A DNA stretch of 62,909 nt from Chitinophagaceae bacterium (GTDB lineage: Bacteria > Bacteroidota > Bacteroidia > Chitinophagales > Chitinophagaceae). This document shows positions 38,025 to 47,585 of the stretch, one piece after another; position 1 is the stretch's first letter; the number at the start of each line of letters is the position of its first letter. The stretch lies in NCBI GenBank assembly GCA_004299085.1, contig SCQV01000205.1, forward strand, positions 1-62,909. The letters are read 5' to 3'. Under the pieces are notes generated by a model. The model did no database searches. It saw only the letters and a program-made list of their open reading frames with translations, and was not told where the DNA came from. The position numbers and the translations under genes were made by a program.

Positions 38025-39329
38025 ATGGCAAATATCAAAAGTTTTTCAGAGCTGCAACAAGCTATTAATAATGGCGACAAAGAGTTAATTATTCAGTGTA
38101 GCATATTATGTTTTCACTCCATTATTTTACCCGAGAATGTGATACTTAAAGGAGGGAGCCAGCCAATGCCGATGCTCTCCTTTAACAATGGAGATGGAAT
38201 CGGGCTTTCGGCAGGAAATACTATATCAAATCTGAGTATTCAAACAGCAACAAATCAAAAAGCCATTTATACAACGATCGCAAAAGAAGATTTAGGAAAC
38301 TTCATTTTTGAAAATCTGACAATTACGGGACAGTTTTCTTTCATTGCAAGAACAGGGGTAATGAAGGCTTCTATCAAGATGAATCAAATTGACATTGTTG
38401 CCGCAGATGCCAAAAATAGCATAGAGCAGCCACAGAAATATGGAGTGAATGCGTTACAGGGCGCTTTAACCATTTACAACTTTAATAATAACCCTCAAAG
38501 CAATATTAATTTGTCTGCCGAAAATATTTCTATTGGCAGAAAGAATGCTCCTGTAACGGGTTCAGGTATTTTCATAGCAGGCGCAAGTGATCATGGAGGG
38601 TGGATAACCATTTCTAAGCTGCATACAAAGGCTGTTTATTCCAATGGTAAAATTCCTTTCGGAGTTGCAGATATTATTACGGCAGGTGTTTTTATTGTGA
38701 ATGGAGTGAGAGCAAAAGAAATTATTCACGATGGGGAAATTGTTACTTATGGTGTAAATGATATGGTTTTAGATACCTGGGGGGAAGTTGAAGGTTGGAC
38801 GTGCAACGCTCCGGTAACATCTTACGGACCAAGCGGTGTTGGGTTTGTCAACTTTGGCGTTGTAAAAAAATTTGTTGCCAATGCGCCAATTGAAACTTAT
38901 GGTCTAGGGGCCAGAGGATATAACCAGTATGACGGAACAGTTGAGGACATTACTTTCAAATCAATCAGTACTTTCGGCGATGGCTCTGTTGCAATACAAA
39001 TAAGTAAAGCTATCGGTAAGCTCACCGTTTACGGTGACGTGATTACTCATGGCAGTGTGGGTAACTCATTAGTAAAAGGTGTTAACGTTGAATTACCGGC
39101 TGTGGCATTGAGCATAAAACCTGGGGGTGAAGTGCAGGAAATAGACATTAAAGGAAGCATTGTAACATACGGTGAAGATGTAATAACTTATGAGGTAAAT
39201 ACGGGAACAGTGAAAAAAATAAATATAGGGGGGCAGATTATAGCCAATGGCAAGAATTCAAAACCTCTGTTAATTGAAAATAACGGGCAGACCCCGACTG
39301 ATGACTTGAAAATAAAAACTACCCGCTAA
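38025..39329 (+). CDS. Uncharacterised cytoplasmic repeat protein, probably beta-helical
   Basis: 434 aa with no signal peptide. Units ending [IV]-x-[TS]-[YFH]-G recur: IVTYGVND, VTSYGPSG, IETYGLGA, ISTFGDGS, VITHGSVG, IVTYGEDV. No family was recognised. Confidence 0.6.
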   Translation: MANIKSFSELQQAINNGDKELIIQCSILCFHSIILPENVILKGGSQPMPMLSFNNGDGIGLSAGNTISNLSIQTATNQKAIYTTIAKEDLGNFIFENLTITGQFSFIARTGVMKASIKMNQIDIVAADAKNSIEQPQKYGVNALQGALTIYNFNNNPQSNINLSAENISIGRKNAPVTGSGIFIAGASDHGGWITISKLHTKAVYSNGKIPFGVADIITAGVFIVNGVRAKEIIHDGEIVTYGVNDMVLDTWGEVEGWTCNAPVTSYGPSGVGFVNFGVVKKFVANAPIETYGLGARGYNQYDGTVEDITFKSISTFGDGSVAIQISKAIGKLTVYGDVITHGSVGNSLVKGVNVELPAVALSIKPGGEVQEIDIKGSIVTYGEDVITYEVNTGTVKKINIGGQIIANGKNSKPLLIENNGQTPTDDLKIKTTR

Positions 39330-39338
39330 ATCAAAAAA

Positions 39339-40142
39339 ATGGGTAACCGTATTATTGTAAAAGCATTCAAATCTTCCACCGTTATCAATGATGGAGATAT
39401 GCGCCTTCTAAGGTCTTTACCTGCTTTCAATATAGAATCTTTAGGGCCTTTTGTCTTTTTAGACCATTATCAGCACCAAAGTAAAAGAGGTATCGGAGAT
39501 ACTTCGCATCCGCATGCCGGCATCGAGGTAATCAGTTATTTACTGGATGGAAGCGTAGTGCATAAAGACAGTTTGGGAAACGTTGACACATTAAATGCAG
39601 GCGATTCTCAATTTATAAAAGCCGGTAGTGGTATGCTTCACAAGGAAACTCCCCAAAGCGGAAGACACGGATTGAAATTATGGACGAGCTTGCCGGCAAA
39701 AAATAAATTTGATAAGCCTGAATATTTTTCCTTCAAAGCAGACAAAATACCTGTTATTGAATTGGAGGGCAATACGATAAAAGTGATAGCAGGCAATGTT
39801 AATGGAAAAGAGGGTATTTTGCCTGTTACAAGCCCGGCAGTGCTGGCATATATTCATTTTAAAACAGGCCATGAGGTAACTTTGAAAATAGATGAAACGT
39901 TTCAGTTAGGCGTTTATGTGTTGCAGGGTGGCATCATGGTGGGTGTACAAGGTCCGCTCGTAAAAGGCGACATAGGCCTGCTTTCTAATGGGGCGCAAAT
40001 AAATTTAAATCCCACAAGAGATTTACCGGCGGATTGTATTGTTTTGGGGGGCCAGAAAATAGCTGAGCCACTAATATTTGAAGGCCCGTTTGTAATGGCC
40101 ACTATCGAAAATTTAAACCTTACTAAACGAAATTACGCATAG
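39339..40142 (+). CDS. Pirin-family protein
   Basis: Bicupin with the metal-ligand motif HPHAGIEVISYLLDG...H. Confidence 0.9.
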   Translation: MGNRIIVKAFKSSTVINDGDMRLLRSLPAFNIESLGPFVFLDHYQHQSKRGIGDTSHPHAGIEVISYLLDGSVVHKDSLGNVDTLNAGDSQFIKAGSGMLHKETPQSGRHGLKLWTSLPAKNKFDKPEYFSFKADKIPVIELEGNTIKVIAGNVNGKEGILPVTSPAVLAYIHFKTGHEVTLKIDETFQLGVYVLQGGIMVGVQGPLVKGDIGLLSNGAQINLNPTRDLPADCIVLGGQKIAEPLIFEGPFVMATIENLNLTKRNYA

Positions 40143-40145
40143 GGA

Positions 40146-40176
40146 AAAATGGGCACATTGGATGGTGTGCCATTTT
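40146..40176 (+). terminator. Candidate intrinsic (bidirectional-looking) terminator after pirin
   Basis: aaaatgg(g)cac / gtgccatttt forms a 10-bp stem with one bulged G and a 10-nt loop. It has an A-tract 5' and a T-tract 3', and begins 4 nt after the stop codon. Confidence 0.45.
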
Positions 40177-40513
40177 AATAGAATATGGATTTGTAGTGAA
40201 ATGTACATATTAGCCAGTATAAAAAAACCATAGCAATTAAAGTAAGTAGGGCTTGCTCAACAACTCAATGAATATTTTAGAACGGGATTTTTACCCGAAT
40301 AGCTGGATATTTTGTATCCTTTGAAGTAAAGAATTTAATATTTGGACATATTCTAACTCCTTTTAAAACAAAGGTAACAGGGAGTGAAAAATTTGATGCA
40401 TGGGGTTCGAGCATTTTCTTATAAAGACCTTGCATCAAGGTTAGTATAAATAGACTGAAACTCTTAGTGGGATTCATTTTATTATTATTGAGCAAACCCT
40501 ATTTAAACTTTTA

Positions 40514-40797
40514 TTGAGCGTCGTGGCCATCTCAATTGTAGGGATTACCAATATTGTTTTCAACAAAATAGTAGGCTCCCTCAAAAATATAACGAGTAGC
40601 CCCGGTATGGAAACGGGATTAAAGAAATGGCGCAGTGGTATTGAAGCTGTTATATCCAATTTCAAAAGAAGATTTGGAATGTTTCGCCGTGATTGGAAAG
40701 AATTGAACCATTTTAAAGCAAAAGTATTCTGAAAGCCATAGCTTACAACATCAGAGTAATGACGGCCTTGGTATTGGAACGGCTCGAATTAGAATAA
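40514..40797 (+). mobile_element. C-terminal relic of an IS4/IS5-superfamily DDE transposase gene, frameshifted
   Basis: ...KKWRSGIEAVISNFKRRFGMFRRDWKELNHFKAKVF then a shift to KAIAYNIRVMTALVLERLELE*. The R-x-x-IE-x-x-I-x-x-x-K-R-x-x-G...W-K-G...N motif is the typical transposase tail. Weaker remnants (RDFYPNS...) may extend back to about 40270. Confidence 0.5.
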
Positions 40798-41134
40798 AGC
40801 GACCGGTACCTAAATTGGGTAGATGTGAATGTGCCCATGAACTAAAAGGATAGTGCATTTCTATGAATAATGCCAAATAAAAAGAGAAAGACGCATCAAA
40901 AAATGTTCGTGACATTATCTTTTTATTTAAAATATTGATTTAGAAATAATTTTTATTGTTAAAGCGACGAAAACTAAAATTTTTTAACCGACTTTATAGA
41001 CAGACACTAAGTAGCGGCTTATTCCCAAAAAGATTAAACACCTTCATCTCTTCAATTCGTCTCTTTTATAAAAAGTTGTCTTTTCAAAACATAATCAAAA
41101 ACATGAATCAACGATTTTAAGGGCAGACACATGT

Positions 41135-41809
41135 TTAAAACTTTCCATATCTTTTATAGGCTTCAACCGGGTCAACACCTTTTAAAATAGCCGTTCTTAC
41201 CCTATTTTCTGTTTGTAATACTTTTTCTGTTTGGTTAATTACTTCTTCCACTATCGCCAATGGTATAATGACAATCCCATCTCTGTCTGCTATTACATAA
41301 TCCCCCGTATGGATTTTAACTTTGCCAATGACAATAGTGCCAGCAAAGGAGGTGGCTTCCCATTTTGTTACTACATCCACGGGAGTAAGATATTTACAAA
41401 AGACCGGAAAATTAATCTTCTCAATAAATGCAGTATCGCGGCACCCGCCATCTACTATATATCCCCTAACCTCTTTATGAAGTAGCGTTTCAGCAGACAA
41501 TTCACCCATGTGAGCGACGGTGGTATCATGTGGTTGGCAAATAATTACATGACCACTTGGGGCCCTTGACAAAAGTTCACACCACTTTAATAAGCTATCA
41601 TATTCACTGATGGTATTGTTCCTTTTACCTTCAATTGTAAAGACTGTCCCTGTAATTTTATGATGAATATTTAATGGATTAATATTATACGGCAGCACCT
41701 GATCAGGATAACCCATAGCACGAAGCACATCATATACAGCTCCGGTGTAACATTGCTGCAATCTATCAGAGAAGGATAGTTTTGTATTTGGTTTATTATC
41801 TGCGTCCAT
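41135..41809 (-). CDS. RraA-family protein (class II HMG/CHA-aldolase-like)
   Basis: RraA-like pattern: GHVIICQ...MGELSAETLLHKEVRGYIVDGGCRDT...FPVFCK...GDYVIADRDGIVIIP. Confidence 0.8.
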   Translation of the reverse strand: MDADNKPNTKLSFSDRLQQCYTGAVYDVLRAMGYPDQVLPYNINPLNIHHKITGTVFTIEGKRNNTISEYDSLLKWCELLSRAPSGHVIICQPHDTTVAHMGELSAETLLHKEVRGYIVDGGCRDTAFIEKINFPVFCKYLTPVDVVTKWEATSFAGTIVIGKVKIHTGDYVIADRDGIVIIPLAIVEEVINQTEKVLQTENRVRTAILKGVDPVEAYKRYGKF

Positions 41810-41815
41810 TTTTAG

Positions 41816-44800
41816 TCATTTCAAAATATTATTCTTGAAAAAATGGTCAAGGGCATCCGCGTCAAGGTACTCGTCATCAAGGGTGTCGTAAATTGCATCT
41901 AAGGCAACGGGAACTTCAGTATCAGTCGCGATTAATTCAAGTACCTTTTCCCTTTCTTTAGAAGAAGAAACAGGTACGCTAAAATTCCAATACTTACCAT
42001 CAATATCCTTTTCTGACCCGCTGATCAACCAAAGACCAATTTTATCTTTGATCTGATTCCATTGACTTTTCAGATCACTTCCTTCCGTTAATAAAACTGA
42101 AGTATTTAGAGCGAGCTTAAGATTAGAAGCCCCCACATTTCTTATAAATTCCATAGCATCTGCTAAATTATAAGGAGGAATGCCAAACCTTACCCGTAGA
42201 TTTAAATGGATATCATATTTTTCTGAAATTTTACAAAGGGAAATAAAAGTCTCTTTAAAAGAATTCCAAGTCTGCTCTTGTGTAAAATTATTTTCAGGGA
42301 AACGGTGTAGTGGTAATATTATTTCTTTTGCCTGAAAAAGGGACATTTTGCTTAATACATCTTCAATCTTAGCCATACTATTTGCATAAGCATCATGGAG
42401 ATTATTAATCAATCGCAACTTTGGGAAAAAATCAACTCCCGAAGTTAAATCAACTATGATTTTTAATTTCTGCCTTTTAATCCATCCGGATTCTTGTTTC
42501 AAGACGGATTCTTCTTTTTGAGCCAGATACTTCCAATCTAAAACTACCCCATCAAAATGCTCAAAGAAAGTTGGTCTGCGCAATATCTCATTTTTTACCA
42601 TTCGGATACTTCTTAGCGGTAAGTAACGATCTCTGGGCCGTTGGGGAGGGATTGCGGACCCGATTTGTACTATATTCTGCTCTTGAACGTAGACTTCGAA
42701 GATACGAATATCACCCCCGGCCATGGTATTTGGACCGCTAATGCCTATTTCTTTTTTATCTATTCCTTCGGGCAAATATCCAATAGCTGTTTTTTCGGAT
42801 TGATCCAACGTTACTTCTTTTATTGATCCAATTTCTCCACAATGAGAAGATATATTAAATGGATACTCATTCCATGAATTATTGGCGATTCCTAGTAGAT
42901 ACTTCCCATCTCCTTTGCAACAGGTAATCAGGCTTAGTGAATCTCCCACATCAAATAATTTTTGATTACTAAATTCTTCATCTAATATGGCATGTACGTG
43001 GTTTAAAATTGGGAAAGGATTGGGCAACGGGTTATCAATTTCACTTTTCATATTTTGGCCGGATGTAATGATATTCATGTTGCTGATACCAAAAGCGCTG
43101 GCTAAAACAGTTACCCTGCCATTACCATATCCTGTTCGTACTGCGAGGGGAGTATTACCAGTTGTCGCCAGAATATCTGCATTTTCGGGGAAAGACAAGG
43201 AATAATAATTAAATGATACTTTTTCCGTGAATTTTTTGTTCCCTACAAAAACGGGGTGGTCTGTTTTTATATTCTTGTTTGCAGAATTGGTTTTTATATT
43301 GCCAAGGCCTTCAGGAAATTTACTTAAATTACCAGATGTAATAATTAGATGACCTCCATTTTTAATATAATTTTGCAGCTTATTATAAATCTCTTTGCCT
43401 CCGGAAAGTTCTCCTGCAATAACTAAGATTGGATACTGAGCCAAAATCCAATCTTCTGCATCACTGAGGACACAATCTGCAATATCGCCATATGGTGTAC
43501 GACAAATAAATCCCGACTCATCATGATAATAAGAAGAATTCTGATAGCCGGGATAAATCATGTTTAATACTGCATCCGTCAGGTAATCACCGGGATCATA
43601 AGGCAAATTTCCCCAGACCCTATATACATCTGAAGAGTATAGATGCCTTGGAAATGTCCAGCCTGCAAAGAAATCCAACATAAGTGCAACCGGAGTGTAC
43701 ATAACTCCTGGCTGGCCATTCTTTTTGACCCATTTTACAGCATTTTGCTGTATATGACCAATTGGGGTGAGTGCATCATTATTGGCCTTTGCCCTGGAAA
43801 AATCTTTGATCTTTTTTTCGTAAAACCACCCTTGGTCAAAACCAACCATCATGGAATTATACAAAATATGGCTATACATTAGTCTTTTCATCAGGCTCAA
43901 ACTTGTTCCCTTGCCAGGCCCATGATCTTCCCCGCTTGAGTTATAAGATTTATATCCCCAGCGATTCCACCCCGATGAATTACCAAACCAAGGAACACCA
44001 TACTGCTTCCCTGCTCCGCGAATAAAGGAGTAATACACTTGTCCATTAGGAAGCGCTTCCCCCGTTTCAGCCCCGATCAAGTTATAAACCCCTTCTTTTA
44101 GAAAATAATGTCCGAAGTTAAGTGAAACAAGAGTCGTTATTTTATTTCTCAGATCATCAGTTAGTTGTTCAAAGTGCTGTTGAAAATTAAAGTATTGATG
44201 AACCCTATTAGCCGATCTGGGATACATTTCAATTGCATAACCACCAATATATCGTCCATCCTGTTCTCCATTATCCATCCCCAGCCAATGATCTCCCAAC
44301 TTTGAACTAAATAACTCAGATAGCTTTGGAGAAAGTTTAAATTGTTCCCATGATCCAAGTCCACTGGTGCCAGGAATATATTTTAATTTTGTTAGTCCGG
44401 ATCCTGGAACATATCCCCATATATCGAATAAAAAAAGTCCTCTGCGTTGGAATTCGTCAATTAAAGCTGGAACATTATCAGCAGATAGGAACCCATGATT
44501 GGGCCAAATCACATTTCCCAGATGAAAAACTTTTGTATAAATATCCAAGTCCTTTGAATAATTTACGATTTTATTACCTTCAATTTGAAAACTTCTTAAT
44601 GTCATGAAATTTGTTTCATTGCTAAATGTATTCCAGTCTGGCGGCTTAACAAATCGGCGTTTATCGTCTGGATACTCACGTGGGTTTAGAAGATGAATGT
44701 TTATGTAATGCTTAGTAGAATTGGCGCTTTCTTGTTTGTTAATTGTAAGTAATTTATCTCCCACAGTGATATTGGGCAATTTGTTTACATATCCAATAGG

Positions 44801-44848
44801 GGCAAGAATGAGCAAATTCTTGATAGCAGTTCTTCTATTTATAGCCAT
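41816..44848 (-). CDS. 1010-aa multidomain protein with a Tat-like signal, an unassigned GH-like N-terminal region, a GATase1/beta-galactosidase-trimerisation-like middle and a C-terminal xylose-isomerase-like TIM barrel
   Basis: The N-terminus MAINRRTAIKNLLILAP is twin-arginine-like. GDHWLGMDNGEQDGRY and IGAETGEALP segments are present. YPILVIAGELSGG...GGHLIITSG is class-I amidotransferase-like. The last roughly 270 aa (KLKIIVDLTSG...HLNLRV...LKLALNTS) resemble the AP_endonuc_2 / sugar-phosphate isomerase TIM fold. Confidence 0.5.
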   Translation of the reverse strand: MAINRRTAIKNLLILAPIGYVNKLPNITVGDKLLTINKQESANSTKHYINIHLLNPREYPDDKRRFVKPPDWNTFSNETNFMTLRSFQIEGNKIVNYSKDLDIYTKVFHLGNVIWPNHGFLSADNVPALIDEFQRRGLFLFDIWGYVPGSGLTKLKYIPGTSGLGSWEQFKLSPKLSELFSSKLGDHWLGMDNGEQDGRYIGGYAIEMYPRSANRVHQYFNFQQHFEQLTDDLRNKITTLVSLNFGHYFLKEGVYNLIGAETGEALPNGQVYYSFIRGAGKQYGVPWFGNSSGWNRWGYKSYNSSGEDHGPGKGTSLSLMKRLMYSHILYNSMMVGFDQGWFYEKKIKDFSRAKANNDALTPIGHIQQNAVKWVKKNGQPGVMYTPVALMLDFFAGWTFPRHLYSSDVYRVWGNLPYDPGDYLTDAVLNMIYPGYQNSSYYHDESGFICRTPYGDIADCVLSDAEDWILAQYPILVIAGELSGGKEIYNKLQNYIKNGGHLIITSGNLSKFPEGLGNIKTNSANKNIKTDHPVFVGNKKFTEKVSFNYYSLSFPENADILATTGNTPLAVRTGYGNGRVTVLASAFGISNMNIITSGQNMKSEIDNPLPNPFPILNHVHAILDEEFSNQKLFDVGDSLSLITCCKGDGKYLLGIANNSWNEYPFNISSHCGEIGSIKEVTLDQSEKTAIGYLPEGIDKKEIGISGPNTMAGGDIRIFEVYVQEQNIVQIGSAIPPQRPRDRYLPLRSIRMVKNEILRRPTFFEHFDGVVLDWKYLAQKEESVLKQESGWIKRQKLKIIVDLTSGVDFFPKLRLINNLHDAYANSMAKIEDVLSKMSLFQAKEIILPLHRFPENNFTQEQTWNSFKETFISLCKISEKYDIHLNLRVRFGIPPYNLADAMEFIRNVGASNLKLALNTSVLLTEGSDLKSQWNQIKDKIGLWLISGSEKDIDGKYWNFSVPVSSSKEREKVLELIATDTEVPVALDAIYDTLDDEYLDADALDHFFKNNILK

Positions 44849-44893
44849 AATAAAAATTTTTGAAAATGAATTAGCGAGAGAACTTAATGTATT

Positions 44894-45397
44894 TTATAGG
44901 TCAATATTTTCAGGAGAACGATATTTTACTGTTTGCAAATGCTCGCAATATAAAACCAACTCTCCATCATTTTTAAACACTTCATAAGCTGCGCAATATA
45001 GCCCCATGTCTTTATATTTTGGTTGCTTGCTCAAGTCAGTTTTAATAGTATAAATAGTATCACCTATAAAAACAGGCTTGATGAATCGTAGTTTATCATA
45101 GCCATAGCTAAATGCATTCACACAGTTAGTCGCCACCAAACCTAACCCAACACTGAAAACAAATGCCCCGGCCACTAATCTTTTCCCAAATACCCCTTCA
45201 TTCTTTGCAAAAATCTCGTCAGCTACATAAGGGTGCATATCTAAAACGAGAGCATTGAATTGCATACTCTCTCCTTCACTGATAGTACGCCGTATAGAGC
45301 GTATTTTCTTTCCTATTACAATGTCCTCGTAAAACCAGTTTTCGGCATTCCATATAGGAATATCTTTGTGCTTCGTTGGATCAGGGTTCGGATTCAT
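44894..45397 (-). CDS. MaoC-family (hot-dog fold) dehydratase/hydratase
   Basis: 167 aa with the MaoC pattern D...HPYV.DE.FAK...FGKRLV.G. Confidence 0.8.
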   Translation of the reverse strand: MNPNPDPTKHKDIPIWNAENWFYEDIVIGKKIRSIRRTISEGESMQFNALVLDMHPYVADEIFAKNEGVFGKRLVAGAFVFSVGLGLVATNCVNAFSYGYDKLRFIKPVFIGDTIYTIKTDLSKQPKYKDMGLYCAAYEVFKNDGELVLYCEHLQTVKYRSPENIDL

Positions 45398-45406
45398 ATA
45401 AAATAT

Positions 45407-46489
45407 CTATTTGTTACATTGAATGATTAAGTTACTTATTTTTACTGCACCATCATTACTTGATTTATAGGCAGCTTCCACACACGCCATAGTATAAATA
45501 CAGTCCTCTACAGAATTATCGGGTGTATTTACAGGGTCCTCCGCAGCCTTCATCATCTCTCCCATAGAGCCTATAAAGGCATGCGGGAACCAACTTCCTT
45601 CAATTTCCTTTGTTTTCCATTCTGCTTCTTTTCCCTCTTTTATAATGGTATATTCAAATAAGTCTGGAACACCCGTAGGATAATTCATCAATACACCCAT
45701 CTTTATTCTAATCGCCCCTTTTGTTCCTTCAAATTTGATATATGATTGTTGATGATGTAAACCAAATTGATGACAATGATTTGTCAAAATATCAGCTCTC
45801 ACGAGTTCGCCATAATCCATGATAATATTACTTCGTACAGATGCTAAATCCTGCATCATCGGATGCTTTGTTGTTTTAGCGTATATACCGATAGGATTAC
45901 CTAAGAAAGAGCGTATCAAGTCAATATAATGAATGCTATGATAAGGTATTTCTACACGTGGCGCCTCGAAAAGGAAACTCCATAAATTCCATGGCGTAAA
46001 GACATTAACATTCACTTCTATATCGCAAAGCTCTCCAATGTTTCCCTTTTCTATCATTTCTCTTGCCATTGTAATAAAAGGTGCATATCTCAGTTGGAAA
46101 TTAACCCCTGCAATCATCTTCTTATCTCGTGTTATTTGAAGGATTTGTTTTGCCTGCTCATAATTTTCTCCCATCGGTTTTTGCATCAACACTATGGCAT
46201 GACCAGGCAACTTCTGTAATAAACATGTAAGCACATTTCCGGGTACTGCTAAATCAAACACTACCTTGGATGGAGCATCCTCCAGCAACTGATTTATGCT
46301 TTCATATACCTTGGGCACAGCATATTTTTCTGCGGTAGCCTTTGCCTTTTCAATATTGATATCGTAAATACCAATTACATTAAAATTAGCCAGCCTGTAA
46401 GCCGGTAGGTGAGCATCATTAACTATTCCCCCCGCGCCTATAATTATTATAGGTGCTGTATTTTTAGGTATTGAAGAATGAGGTTTCAT
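45407..46489 (-). CDS. Gfo/Idh/MocA-family oxidoreductase
   Basis: N-terminal Rossmann IIIIGAGGIVNDAHLPAY and the EKP-like MQKPM motif. Confidence 0.85.
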   Translation of the reverse strand: MKPHSSIPKNTAPIIIIGAGGIVNDAHLPAYRLANFNVIGIYDINIEKAKATAEKYAVPKVYESINQLLEDAPSKVVFDLAVPGNVLTCLLQKLPGHAIVLMQKPMGENYEQAKQILQITRDKKMIAGVNFQLRYAPFITMAREMIEKGNIGELCDIEVNVNVFTPWNLWSFLFEAPRVEIPYHSIHYIDLIRSFLGNPIGIYAKTTKHPMMQDLASVRSNIIMDYGELVRADILTNHCHQFGLHHQQSYIKFEGTKGAIRIKMGVLMNYPTGVPDLFEYTIIKEGKEAEWKTKEIEGSWFPHAFIGSMGEMMKAAEDPVNTPDNSVEDCIYTMACVEAAYKSSNDGAVKISNLIIQCNK

Positions 46490-46529
46490 ATCTGATTATT
46501 TTATATCAACATTTCTAATCATTGCGCTT

Positions 46530-47585
46530 TTATGCCCCAGTCAGTGCACCAACATAATTGCCGTATGTTAAAAAGAGTACTGACAATATTAATACCGTTA
46601 TCGCAAGAGCTAGCGACCATTTTGTCCGTATTTTTACACCTTTCCATTCTTTTAATATTAATCCTATTACACTACTAAAAAGTACCAACATAATCATATG
46701 AATCGCCCAACTGCTAAATTCGTATGGGCCCATTCTTGTATTACCCATTCCATAGAAAAAGAATTGTGAATACCATAACAGACCGGTTATAAATGCCAAT
46801 ACATAATTGAATGGTAATATGGTTCTATTCTTGACTTTTTTCAATGTTTTATATTCTCCAAAAGTCTTTTGTTTGAGATGTAAATAGATACAGTAAATAG
46901 CCGTTGTGAGGAAAGCGCCAGTATTAGTAAAAATATAGATAACATTCCCTTGAAACTGGCCGGCGCCATATTTTGCAGCTACGTCTGCAATAGGCTGTCC
47001 CTGAGCCAAAGCAATTCCGTATACCGCAGAGAGTATTCCTGCTAATAAGCATAGAGGCAATCCTTTCCTAAGTGAAAACAAAGAAGACGAATTTTCTTTT
47101 ATTTGCAGATCTTTCTCCTTAAATCGACCTGCGAAGCCACAGATAGCAATACCCAATGCCCCGATAGCGATGCCCATCATCAGCCAACCTGATCCCGCTT
47201 TAGTCAATATCTTTTCTAATTGTCCGTTCACTAATGGTGGAATTATAGTGCCTAATACACAGGATAGCCCTACAGATATAGCGTATGTTAAGGAGAATCC
47301 TACATATTTGATAGCCAGCCCGAAGGCTGTACCTCCGATGCCATAAGCTGCACCGAGTATAAAAGCCTCATACATGGCATCCACGGGTGCTTCTTTCAAT
47401 ACTTCTCCTAAATGAGGTATGGTAATCCATGCCCCGATAATCGGTAATAGGAACCAGCAGAACACAGCCTGAGCCAGCCAGTACGTCTGCCAGGACCACG
47501 CCTGGGTTTTTTCCTGCGGAGTGTAACACACTGAAGCACTTCCGGCACCAACAGCATGAAATGAGACACCAGTTATAACACTCAT
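46530..47585 (-). CDS. rhaT: RhaT-family sugar:H+ symporter (L-rhamnose/proton symporter-like)
   Basis: 10-TM DMT-type protein. The N-terminus G..FH..GA.S...Y.P..K...WSW.T.W and the C-terminus W...M...VL...IGL.LKEW align with E. coli RhaT as recalled. Confidence 0.8.
   Translation of the reverse strand: MSVITGVSFHAVGAGSASVCYTPQEKTQAWSWQTYWLAQAVFCWFLLPIIGAWITIPHLGEVLKEAPVDAMYEAFILGAAYGIGGTAFGLAIKYVGFSLTYAISVGLSCVLGTIIPPLVNGQLEKILTKAGSGWLMMGIAIGALGIAICGFAGRFKEKDLQIKENSSSLFSLRKGLPLCLLAGILSAVYGIALAQGQPIADVAAKYGAGQFQGNVIYIFTNTGAFLTTAIYCIYLHLKQKTFGEYKTLKKVKNRTILPFNYVLAFITGLLWYSQFFFYGMGNTRMGPYEFSSWAIHMIMLVLFSSVIGLILKEWKGVKIRTKWSLALAITVLILSVLFLTYGNYVGALTGA

Noticed and set aside
40277-40665. Two minus-strand ORFs (72 and 63 aa) in the pirin/RraA spacer
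   Set aside because: They lie antisense to transposase debris and show no motifs. The region is better explained as IS relic DNA.
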